Source: Chiloscyllium plagiosum (taxonomy: Eukaryota). From it: a stretch of 32,780 nucleotides of DNA. Below the pieces are notes generated by a model that was given only the letters and a program-made list of their open reading frames with translations, did not search any database and was not told the origin of the DNA. Location of the stretch: the NCBI RefSeq assembly GCF_004010195.1, contig NC_057720.1:3114462-3147241 (forward strand). The letters are read 5' to 3'. The stretch's first letter is position 1, and each line of letters opens with the position of its first letter. Made by a program: the position numbers and the translations under genes. Positions 22,085-32,007 of this stretch are shown here, piece after piece.

Positions 22085-22190
22085 TCCTCAAAGACCACAA
22101 CATTCGAGGCTATGGGCCAAGTGCTGGAAAATGGAATGAGAATAGATAGAGTTGGCACAGACTCAGTGGGTCAATGGATCTCTTTATGAC
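22085..22190 (+). mobile_element. CR1 3' tail stub
   Basis: GGCTATGGGCCAAGTGCTGGAAAATGG. Confidence 0.6.
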
Positions 22191-22237
22191 TTGAGGACTT
22201 TATAATCCATAAATGGGCATAACCAGTGAAAACTCAC

Positions 22238-22342
22238 TAGTTCCAAAGAGGAGTCACTACATACAAAATGTTAACTCTGTTTCTCTCATCATTAGATGCT
22301 GTCAGACCTGTTGAGTTTCTCCAGCACTCTCTGTGTTTAGTT
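22238..22342 (+). mobile_element. old Penelope-like element with highly degenerate hammerhead
   Basis: AGTT-CCAAAGA-GGAGTC...AAAATGTT-AACTCTGTTTCTCTC...GATGCTGTCAGACCTGTTGAGTTTCTCCAGCA. Confidence 0.6.
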
Positions 22343-22743
22343 CTGTACTTGGCTTTATATATTTGTGAAAATTTTCAATCATCCTGGGTTGGGTTTGTTG
22401 GAAGGAGGTTCAGTATTGTCGGTGGGATCAGCTTCTTGCACCTAAATATTACAGCAGGGCAGTGGAAACATGGGACTCACTTCCTCCTGAAAAGCTGTCT
22501 ATGCTAATGCATCATGTCTTAAGCCCTAACAAGCCAAGGTGAGTGGATAAGGTTAAAATACAGATCAACTATGATTTGCTTGAATGGTGGAATTGATTGG
22601 AGGGGCCGAATGGCCTCCTTGTGCTTCACTAGTGATGTTATTTGACCCTTAGTGTTCATATTGGTGGTGTTTTATTTCTTAGCAAGATCTGTGCAATCTG
22701 CTGGTACAATTTGTCTGGTAGATATTTCCAACACAGTTACTGG

Positions 22744-22815
22744 TCATAGAGTCATTGCGTTGGAGAGCATAGAAACAGACCCTTTGGTCCAACATGTCCT
22801 TGCTGACCAGACCCT
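22744..22815 (-). mobile_element. CR1 3' tail stub
   Basis: TCATAGAGTCAT...GAAACAGACCCTTTGGTCCAAC. Confidence 0.7.
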
Positions 22816-22924
22816 CAGTAAATAGTAAAGTGCTGTGGTTCTTAAAAGGGAAAAGCTGATAGAATCCCACTGTCTGAGAGCCATGTGTTAAAGGCTGAAT
22901 GAGCAACATCCAGCCAGCGATGTT

Positions 22925-23120
22925 CTCTGGAAGTTGGGAATCTGAAATAAGACAGAAATTGCAGGCAAAACTCAGCAGGTCTGGCAGCATCAATGGAGTG
23001 AGAAACAGAGTTAATATTCTGAGTGCAGTGACCCTTCCTCAGTAATGGAACCGTTTAGGAGACATGGCAGGTTTTCAAGAAGGAAAAGGGAGAGCAGGAA
23101 ATAAAAGGGGAGACGGGGGA
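22925..23120 (-). mobile_element. Penelope-like element with degenerate hammerhead
   Basis: CTCAGCAGGTCTGGCAGCATC core; 23011-23042 on the minus strand reads CUGAGGA-A-GGGUC-ACUG-CACUC-AGAAU-AUU-AA. Confidence 0.65.
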
Positions 23121-23513
23121 TGTGGTGAATCTGTTGGTTTCGTTGGAGATTATTCTGAACAATGAAATGAGGGAGATTAATAAAGAAAATGTTTGTTGTG
23201 CAAGATTGATTTTGCATAGTTATTGCAACAGGATTCAAGATGCCATGAGTGAACTTGCTCATCTTGATCGACTGGAATTTACAAGTAAATTTCCCTCGTC
23301 ACTCTGCCGACTCCGTGCCCTGAGTACAATTGATTTAACAATATAGGCTGAGTAATCACAATCTGGCAGAGTTTACTATCGCCAGCACTCCCTTCAGCTT
23401 AGCACAAACATATTAATCACATAGTCAGGTGGTATGCAGAATAGGTCCTGAGAGAGCTGATGGAGGGTTTTGAAGGGGCAGTGTAAAGAATCTGCTGTAG
23501 AAAGAGTCTACAT

Positions 23514-23775
23514 GGGTGGCACAATGGCTAGCACTGCTACTTCACAGCACCATGGAGCCTGGTTCGATTCCCACCTCAGGTGACTGTCTGCACATTCTCC
23601 CCGGGTCTGTGTGGTTTCCTCCAAGTGCTCTGGTTTCCTCCCACAATCTAAAGATGTGCAAGTCAGGTGGTTTGGCCATGCTAAATTGCCCACTGTGAGC
23701 ATTAGTCAGAGGGGAAATGGATTGGGGGGGGGTTATTCTTTGGAGGGTCAGTATGGACTTGTTGAGCTGAAGGGA
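23514..23775 (+). mobile_element. HE1 SINE
   Basis: GGGTGGCACAATGG...GGTTCGATTCCC...TGGCCATGCTAAATTGCCC. Confidence 0.88.
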
Positions 23776-23879
23776 ACCTAATATTTTTTTAAAAACCATC
23801 ATGTAGAAGACAGAAATGCAAAGATAAACTCTTTTCCAGTGTTGGCCTCAAACTGTCCCTCCACAACAGGTCAAATTTC

Positions 23880-24240
23880 ATCATATCATACAGTACTGAA
23901 CTTCCCTCCCACACAGTGAATTCCAAACCCCCTCCACCCCTGAGTGAAATAAAATTCCCTTAAGTCGCGTCATAACCTTCTGCCTTTCACCTTAAAATTG
24001 TGTCCCCTTGTTATTGACCCTTCAACGAAGGGCACCTGCTGCTTCCTATCGCACCTGTCCATACCCCTTATAATCGTACGCACCACAATCAGGTTCCCTC
24101 TCAGCCGTCTCCACTCCAAAGAAACAACCTGAGCTAATCCAGCCTCTCCTCATCACTGAATGCACCATCCCAGGAAACATTCTGATGAATAAGCGAAGTG
24201 AATCTCCCCTGCACCCCTGAAATGGAATAACACACATTGC
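23880..24240 (-). mobile_element. CR1 3' fragment
   Basis: Minus ORF contains LFIRMFPGM; GAATTCCAAACCCCTCCACCCTGAGTGAAA. Confidence 0.7.
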
Positions 24241-24254
24241 ATGGTGCCAGACTA

Positions 24255-24365
24255 GTGCTACATCAAATAAAATTCAACACTGAGTCACGGAGGAAGAAGG
24301 GTAAAGGCTTGGCCATAGATGTGGGATTTAAGGAGCGCCATAATGCAAAGAAAGAGTTAGATGTG
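24255..24365 (-). mobile_element. L2-like 3' tail remnant
   Basis: ACACTGAGTCAC...GGCTTGGCCATAGATGTGGGATTTAAGGAGCG resembles a recalled shark L2 tail. Confidence 0.4.
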
Positions 24366-24802
24366 GGTTTTTTTTCCACACTTTGATATACGAATATGTC
24401 AAAATGTTCACCCCATCAGCATGTCTTATATTTCTTTCTCCTTCAGGAGTTTACCAATCCTTGCCTGAAATGCATCTGTACTATTCCTCTCCCCTCACCA
24501 TCCACCACTCTCACAGGAAAGACGGAGTCACTATCAAATTCCTGAACAGATGTATTAACAGCAGGAGTAGGTCACTGGAGCCCACTTTGACATTGTACAG
24601 TTGGGTGATTTACAGTAAACTAGTTCAAGCAGTTAGCTTATATCATGTGACTTCCAGTAAATGTCTTTTAAAAATGGGGTCCCACCATAACCATCACCAC
24701 AGTGATCTTCAAAACAGAAACTCTGGCCCCGGTATCTCTAATGTACTTCAAATCAACAAATTTTCACAATCCTTTTAACATGAGTCCTCGAAAATATTAA
24801 TA

Positions 24803-25238
24803 ATAGATTCCTTACAGCATGGAAACAGGCCCTTCTGCCCAACAAGTCCACACCAACCCTCTGAAGGTTAACCCACCCAGACTCATTTCCCTACATTTAC
24901 TCCTGACTAATGAACCTAACAGTCTAGATTAGAGTGGTGCTGGAAAAGCACAGCAGGTCAGGCAGCATCCGAAGAACAGGAAAACCGACGTTTCATCAGG
25001 AATAGAGGCAGGGTGCCTGCAGAGCGGAGAGATAAATGAGAGGGGCTATGGGCAATTTCCATGGCCAATTCACCTGATCTGCACATCTTTCGGAATGTGG
25101 GAGGAAACCAGAGCACACCAACGCGGACACAGGGAGAATGTGCAAACTCCACACAGTTGCCCAAGGCTGGAATCAAACCCAGGTCCCTGGCACTGTGAGG
25201 GGGGCAGCAGTGCCAACCACTGAGCCACCATGAAACCC
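24803..25238 (-). mobile_element. HE1 SINE interrupted by a Penelope-like element
   Basis: Tail at 24803-24920; body and head at 25046-25238. Confidence 0.88.
24922..25045 (-). mobile_element. Penelope-like element whose hammerhead stem II is deleted
   Basis: CGACGTTTCATCAGGAAT here versus CGACGTTTCGGGCAAAAGCCCTTCATCAGGAAT at 20451. Confidence 0.8.
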
Positions 25239-25594
25239 ATCTAATAGAAGCATCTTTATTATTGTTCTAAACCCCAGTGGATACAGGTCTAGTCTATCGA
25301 ACCATAGACATGTGGAGGAGTTGCTGTCTTATTGCATAGATTCCAGTCCAGACTGATAACATAACTTCAGGAAAGTTACATGACATTCCGACATGTCACG
25401 TTCTGGTATAAAGATATCTGACTCATGTTCAGTCTCTTTCTGTGTGTCACGGACGCAGTGTGGTCAGTCCATTTTGTGTTTGTAATGTATTGTAGCGTTA
25501 GTGAGCACTGAATCCAAACTGTGTTTAAGTCTATGGTACTAGTGCAATTTAGTGTTTGCTAGTGTCCTTCAAAGCATCTCCCTCAATCAGAATA

Positions 25595-25776
25595 TAAGCA
25601 AATTACTGCAGATGCTGGAGTCTGAAACCAAAAGAGAAAATGCTGGAAAATCTCAGCAGGTCTGGCAGCATCTGTAAGGAGAGAAAAGAGCTGACGTTTC
25701 AAGTCTAACTGACCCTTTTTCAAAGCGGGTTTTTTTTGCGGCGGAGGCGAAGGAGCTGAGAAAGAGCTTTGACAAA
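25595..25776 (-). mobile_element. Penelope-like element with a variant hammerhead and short inverted arm
   Basis: Minus strand reads GCU-UUGAAAA-A-GGGUC-AGUUA-GACUU-GAAAC-GUC-AGCUC; plus-strand GAGCTTTGACAAA at 25764-25776. Confidence 0.75.
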
Positions 25777-25934
25777 ACAGAAACTCTGGTCCAGGTATCT
25801 CTTATGCACTTCAAATCAACCAATTTTCACAATCCTTTTGATATGAGTCCTCAAAAATATTAATAATAGATTAGATTAGATTCCCTACAGCGTGGAAACA
25901 GGCCCTTTGGCCCAACAAGTGCACACCAACCCTC
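25773..25934. repeat. local direct duplication of 24710-24861 (unique flank plus HE1 tail)
   Basis: 8 mismatches over ~99 nt of non-repeat flank, followed by the same SINE tail junction. Confidence 0.9.
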
Positions 25935-25959
25935 CACAACAGATCTAGCATTACAAAAT

Positions 25960-26150
25960 GGTGAACATATAGCCCTGTTGATTGTTGTGAAAAACCCATC
26001 TGATTCATTGTGCCCTTTAGAGGATATTGGCATGTGACTCCTGAGTAATGTGGTTGAGTCTTCACAGCCCCCAAGGACAATTAGAGATGGGCAGAAAATT
26101 CTGCCTGAGTCATTAATGCCCATATCCAATGCATAACACACAAAAAAAGA
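25960..26150 (+). mobile_element. Meta-like SINE 3' fragment
   Basis: GAAAACCCATCTGATTCA...CATGTGACTCC...GGACAATTAGAGATGGGCA. Confidence 0.7.
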
Positions 26151-26189
26151 AATACTGTTTGTACTCCCTGACATGCAAAAGGTCAGAGT

Positions 26190-26470
26190 GTGATTTAGAA
26201 GGACAGGGGCAGCAGATACATGGGAACACTATCTCCTGCAAGTTCCCCTCCAAGCCACTCACCATCCTCACTTGGAAATATATCCCCCGTTTCTTCACTG
26301 TCACTAGGTCAAAATCCTGGAATTCCCTTCCTAAGGGTCTACCTACAGCACATGGACTGCAGTGGTTCAAGAAGGCAGCTCATCCCCAACTCAAGGGGGG
26401 GCAACTAGGGACGGGTGATAAATGCTGGCCCAGCCAGTGATGCCCACATCCCATGCATCAATGAGTAAAA
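26190..26470 (+). mobile_element. Zenon-like LINE 3' end
   Basis: Colinear with 10105-10368. Confidence 0.88.
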
Positions 26471-26662
26471 CACGTTTATGCATCAAAAGTGAACTCTTAA
26501 CCCCACACAGCTGGCAGTTGGTGCTCAGTAATTTAAATTAATGTAAATCTGGATAAAGGTGCAATAGTATATGGAGCCAAGGCACATGGCTGGAGTGAGG
26601 ATTCAGATCAACCAAGAAACAGGTTCAATGGGCTAATCAATGGGCTAAATGGCCACAGTATT

Positions 26663-27010
26663 GGGGTGGTTGTGGCCTACTGATATTATCATTAAGCTAT
26701 TGATACAAAGACCTCAGTTAATGTTCTGGTAACATGGGTTCAAAACCTGCCATGGTAGTTGGTGGAATTCAAGTTCAGTTTAAAATAAATCTGGGATTAA
26801 GAACCTAATGACAACCTAATGATCAGTTTTTGGAAAAACCCATCTAATTTACTAATGTCCTTCAGGGAAGGAAATCTGCCATCCTTACCTGGTCTGGCCT
26901 ACATTTAACACCAGACCCACAGCCGTGTAGTTGACACTGACTGCCCTCTGGGCAATAAATGCTGGCCGGGCCAGTGAGGTCTGTGTCCTGTGAGTGATTA
27001 AATGAAAACA
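26663..27010 (+). mobile_element. tRNA-derived (Meta-like) SINE, near full length
   Basis: GGGTTCAAAACC B box, core CAGGGAAGGAAATCTGCCATCCTTACCTGGTCTGGCCTACA and the shared tail. Confidence 0.85.
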
Positions 27011-27859
27011 AAAGAGCTGTGTTAATCAGGCTTTGAGCAGAGGCACTTGCTCCTGTGAGAGACCGTGTGCACTTGCTGCCACTCCAATTATTATTTTCTC
27101 TGTGCAAGGTTAGTTTTGGAAACTGTGAAATATCTTAATGTAGATTCATTAGACTCCTTGCTGTCACAGGTAGAGGAAAAACATCCAGACTTCCTCAGCA
27201 GTTGGATTCAGCTAAAATCTTCTTTCAGGAGCCTGTTGTAAAGAGCAAAGGAAAATGTTTTTTCCTCATGAGTGAAACATGATCATGAAGTCATGGAGGA
27301 AGGCAACCATTTTGAGATTGTAGCTTTCTCCATTTTGACTGTCACCCTTTACAGTGAAGCTGATCGCAAGTAATAATCACTGTGAAGAATGATCGTAGTT
27401 AGTGTGACATGACGGAGGAGCCTGCTGGACAGTGAAGAAGCAATAATATTGTCAGCCTGTGTTTAACCATGGATCACATAACTGTAACAAATTCAATTAC
27501 TTGCATCACTGTATTTTAATAATTGCCATATGACCGTCAATACCTTGGATCTAAATTAAGGCAGAATCTTTCACAAAAGGATTGTGAAATCAAATTTGTC
27601 ATATAAGAGGTTAGGACATTTCACAGATTAGTTTCAAGAAATTGGATGAGTAATATGTAAACCAAATGCAAGTAAAATGCTGAACAAAGAACCAGGAAGA
27701 AATCTCGAGATTTAGTAATCTAGTGAGAAGGCACATAATTGAGAAACCAGGACACAGCAATAGGACTGGAAAGTTTCCAGAATGTGAAACATGATCAGTT
27801 GAACAATCGTCCCATTTTTAAAGGCAGAGTCTCACCCTAATGGAACATTAGGTATTTCC

Positions 27860-28412
27860 CCTGTATCAAATAATCTTGGCTGATCTGATCGAGACTTCAA
27901 CGTCACTTTCCTGCTTCATGTCTGTTAAAAATCTGTCTCCATCATTCTCAAATAAATTCAATGATCCAACCTCCACTGCTCCTGAAGAAAAAGAATTCCA
28001 AAGCCTAATGAACTTCTGAGAGAAGGAAATCCTTCTCCTTTTTCTCTTGAAGTGGTAACCCCTTATTTTGAAACTGTGTTCCTCAGCTCTCAGTTCTGCC
28101 ACAGTGTCCACCCTGTCAAGCCCTCCCATGATTAGATTAAATTCCCTACAGTGTGGAAACAGGCCCTTTTGACCAACAATTCCACACCGACCCTCCGAAG
28201 AGTAACCCACCCAGACCCATTTCCCTCTGACTAATGCACCTAGCACTGTGGACAAATTAGCATGGCCAATTCACCTAACCTGCACATCTTTGGATTGTGG
28301 GAGGAAACCGGAGCACTGTGAGGCAGCAGTGCTAATATTTCAGTAATATCACCTGTCATTCTTGGAAACACCAATGCAGGTTGAACCTGCTTAACCTTTC
28401 CTCATAAGACAG
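27860..28412 (-). mobile_element. CR1 3' fragment split by an HE1 SINE
   Basis: Minus translation GGLDRVD...FSQKFIRLWNS; resumes at ~28340-28412. Confidence 0.75.
28130..28335 (-). mobile_element. HE1 SINE with internal deletion
   Basis: GGAAACCGGAGCAC is joined directly to TGTGAGGCAGCAGTGCTAA. Confidence 0.88.
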
Positions 28413-28416
28413 CTGC

Positions 28417-28610
28417 CTGAAGTGAAGTGTGAAGGGGGCAGCATTTATGCAATAGTGTGGGGTGGGGGTAGGGTTAAATGCTGCCCCCTCCACTCTTCAC
28501 TCCAGCTCTGATGAAGAGTCATCTAGACTTGAAACATTAGCTTGCCCTCTCTCCATGGATGCTCCCTGACCACTGGGATCTCCAGCATTTCTTGTTTTCT
28601 GTTCTGAGAC
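28417..28610 (+). mobile_element. Penelope-like element with 5' inverted arm and hammerhead
   Basis: 28421-28447 and 28475-28501 form an inverted repeat (25/27). Downstream is CTCTCTCCATGGATGCT...CTCCAGCATTTCTTGTTTTC. Confidence 0.75.
28504..28542 (+). ncRNA. minimal type-I hammerhead ribozyme motif with complete helix I
   Basis: AGCU-CUGAUGA-A-GAGUC-AUCUA-GACUU-GAAAC-AUU-AGCU. Confidence 0.72.
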
Positions 28611-28799
28611 TCAAATACTCTTGAGTCCAGACATGTGGCTTACCCCCTTTCTCTCTTTCCATTGTTAACCTCATATCTAACCTCCAAGACTAACCTTTTA
28701 TCTTGTCTGTCAGATTTTAGTGCAATCTTGAGAGGTAAAGGGGGACTTAGGGTTAATAGCCTAATGGTTAGTGGTTTTAAGGGTTTATATCATTGCCAT

Positions 28800-28925
28800 T
28801 CATAGAGTCATGGAGATGTACAGCATGGAAACAGACCCTTCAGTCCAACTTGTCCATGCCGACTAGATATCCCAACCCAGTCTAGTCCCACCTGCCAGCA
28901 CCCGGCCCATGTCCCTCCAAACCCA
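28800..28925 (-). mobile_element. CR1 3' tail stub
   Basis: Reverse complement of 5735-5858. Confidence 0.85.
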
Positions 28926-29397
28926 GCATTTGTTGTTTTCCATTCAGGTTCCAGCATCAACAGCAATTTGCTCCTGTTTGAATCTCGTGTTAGCAGTTCT
29001 GACCTCCGAATATGTGAAACCCCCTGAGCACCTCTCTGAGCGTTGGTGAGGAAACAGCTGGGGCTTTTGAAAGAGTTTGGGAGTTGTATTAGTTCCTTCT
29101 TCTGGCCCGTCTCCTCAAAGTACCTGACCAATCAGACGCTCGCACCCCGGCTTCGCACCAAAAACACTCTTACAGTCAATTGTGAACCTTCTACAGAGTC
29201 TGCTCTGTTAAATTTTCCAAAATTAACGTTAGAAGTGAGATGTAGCAGCATAAATTAGAATGAACAGATAGAGTTATAAAGTCTAAGTTATAAAGCAAGA
29301 GGATAAAGTCCTTTTGCTGCTTCTCTGACTTCCCGTGGCTCAATAATGCAGAGAGAATTTTTCAGTGTGTGGTATCAAATTAAATTTAAAAAGGAGC

Positions 29398-29590
29398 CAA
29401 CAGAGAGAATGCTGGAGGAACACATCAGGTCTGACAGCATTTGTGGAGAGAGAAAAACAGAGTTAATGTTTCAATCCAATATGACTCTTCAACATAACTT
29501 CAATCCAGTTCTGAAGAAAAGAATTAAACTAGATTGCAGATGTTAATCCTGTTTCTCTCTCCTCAGATACTGCTGTCCAGTCTGTTGAAA
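29398..29590. mobile_element. old inverted (head-to-head) Penelope-like pair with two degenerate hammerheads
   Basis: Arms 29410-29498 and 29508-29590 are imperfect inverted copies. Minus strand reads GUU-AUGUUGA-A-GAGUC-AUAUU-GGAUU-GAAAC-AUU-AAC; plus strand begins GUU-CUGAAGA. Confidence 0.65.
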
Positions 29591-30469
29591 CTGTAACAAA
29601 CTCATAGACATAATTTTTGTTTCACTCACTATTCACTGAAAAAACTTGGAATGAAAAAGTTTGAAAATTTAGAGACTCATTCCTTCATGGCATCAGTTCT
29701 TACAACTTTTTTGTCCTTCCTCTTCTTTCTCTCTGTCACTTAATCCAAACTTTTCATCCTTCGTTTCTCATTCTGTATACGAATTGAGCGTAATTCATGT
29801 CAAAATCCTTTTCCATCACTTCTGTGTTTCTTGTCTGATTTTGAAATCTCATTGGTGAAGGAGAGAGATCCCTGGTCATGTTGGTCACTGAGCTTGGTGT
29901 TTGATTAATGCACACTCTCTGCAATTTGTCAGACAAAGGGCTTAGCCGAAGAATGAAAGAAAAAGTCTTAACATGGGGCTTGCTATGGAATGTTCCCAGC
30001 AAAATAATGTGTTCCTCAGTTTAAAAAAAGCGCTTGTGTTTTGGAGCTTATGTTGCCATGGTAAATTTGCAAACAGCAAAAGTGCTGCCAGCGTCTAAAA
30101 TTACAGTGACCCTTCCTTATATCGGATGCTGGGAGCAGAATTATTTAAAGCTGCTCATTCTGCAGACAGAACAGTCTTCAGTGACAATGACCTTTCCTTA
30201 CCTGTGATGACTTTGCAAAAACTGACTGTATGAATGGGGTCATTGTTTCAGTCAGATCGTCCCAGACATCTATTTTCCACCAAACTTTCGACATCAGCAT
30301 TCAAACAAAAGGCACAGTTTTAACCATGTAACTGCTGAAGTTCATGTAAATACTCTTTGATGGATTATTGATCTGTGAAACCATGTGGAACAGAAATTTG
30401 GAATTCCTGCAGATTCCTAAAGGAAGCCTAATGTTTCTCCCATGGACTGGAAGAAAAAAAATTAGTTTA

Positions 30470-31165
30470 TTTTAAATTGCTTATAGGATGTGAACATCAT
30501 TAACAAGAGAAGAATTTGTTGCCCGTCCCTAGTTGCCCCTTGAGAAGGTGGGGGTGAGCTGCCTTCTTGAACCGCTGCAGTCCATGTGCTGTGGGTAGAC
30601 CCACAATGCCCTCAGGGAGGGAGTTCCAGGATTCTGACCCAGCGACACTGAAGGAACGGTGATATATTTCCAAGTCAGGATGGTGAGTGGCTTGGAGGGG
30701 AACTTGCAGGGGGTGGTGTTCCCATGTATCTGCTATCCTTGTCTTTCCAAGGGATGGAGGTCATTGGCTCAGTGGAGGAGCCTTGCGAACTTGCTGCAGT
30801 ACACCTTGCTGTCACTGTGTATCAGTGGTGGAGAGAAGAAATGTTGCAGATGGTGGGGTGGGGTGCTAATCAATTGTGCTGTGCTGTCCTGAATTGGGTC
30901 AAGCTTCTCGAGTGTTGTTGGAGCTGCCCCCATCCAGGCAAGTGGGGAGTATTCCATCGCACTCCTGACCTGTCCCTTGTAGATGGTGGACAGGCTTTGG
31001 GGAGTCAGGAGGTGAGTTACTCACTGCAGGATTCCCAGCCTCTGACCTGCTCTTGTGCCACTGTGTTTATGGGATGAGTTCAGTTGAGATCCTGCTCAAT
31101 GGTAACCCCTAGGATATTGATAGTGGGGGATTTAGTGATGGTAACACCATTGAATGTCAAGGGAG
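30470..31165 (-). mobile_element. Zenon-like LINE 3' part
   Basis: MEYSPLAWMGAAPTTLEKLDPIQD; colinear with 15452-16300 but with a single copy of the 39-bp unit. Confidence 0.9.
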
Positions 31166-31169
31166 GTAT

Positions 31170-31305
31170 AGAACTTGTAGCAGTGGAAGAGTTTTCAGAG
31201 ATAGGAAGGGACAAGATTTAAATGTGAGGAAAATGTTTTTGAAATTGCAAAGTTGTTGATTAATGAGCTGTAGTGGTGACTGGTGAACTGGATCTGTGTA
31301 GTATC
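31170..31305 (-). mobile_element. degraded L2-like remnant
   Basis: CAGAGATAGGAAGGG...GATTTAAATGTGAGG...GGTGACTGGTGAACTGGA resembles a recalled shark L2 sequence. Confidence 0.35.
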
Positions 31306-31874
31306 AGGTAACCACATGATAGAAACAGCCCCAGCAGGGACTATCAGCAGTCATTACACTGGGCAGGCTGAGTGTCCTTTGGAGATAGGAGTGAAAACAT
31401 CTCCCAGTTTTACATCGCTGTGTGCAGTCCATACCATAGAATGCAGGCTTATAGTCGAAGCTTTATCCAGGCACATAGCCCTAAAAAATCTAACCTGCTC
31501 TTGCTGACAGTCAACACAGGCACGATGGGCAGACTGCTCTCTGTCACTGCTGTAACCATTGCAATTATTAGACAGGAGTAGACCCTGACCAGAGGAATGG
31601 TTTGTCAGGAACAGAGCGGGATATCTATGGTGCAATAATCCCTCATGTTAAACACTCCAGCTGTGCCTGTGGATTCCTGGGTCTGACATCGCACAAGTTT
31701 TCAACTCTAATATCAGCTGACATAGTTAACAGGAAGAGCGGTCATGTTACTCAGTTACTGATCTCGAGCCCCAGGCTTCCACCTCCTCCCGAGGTGTGTA
31801 ATAACATCTCTGAGCAGGGGATTAGAGAGGATCTCTGATATTCTTCTCAGGTTGTACATTCCAATCTCACTTTG

Positions 31875-32005
31875 GCAGATGGTGACATTTGAATGCAATA
31901 AAGAGTTGATCTCATGGTGACCATGGAACCATTGTAATAAACCCCATCTGGCTCACTAATCTCCTTTAGGACAGGAAATCTGCTGTCCTTACCTGGTCTG
32001 GCCTG
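31875..32005 (+). mobile_element. Meta-like SINE fragment
   Basis: CCCATCTGGCTCACTAATCTCCTTTAGGACAGGAAATCTGCTGTCCTTACCTGGTCTGGCCT. Confidence 0.8.
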
Positions 32006-32007
32006 CT

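Noticed and set aside
30222..30255. Hairpin CTGACTG...CAGTCAG with AUGA as a SECIS element or pre-miRNA
   Set aside because: It is too short, lacks the 3' GA of the SECIS quartet and the apical AA, and the stem is too small for a pre-miRNA.
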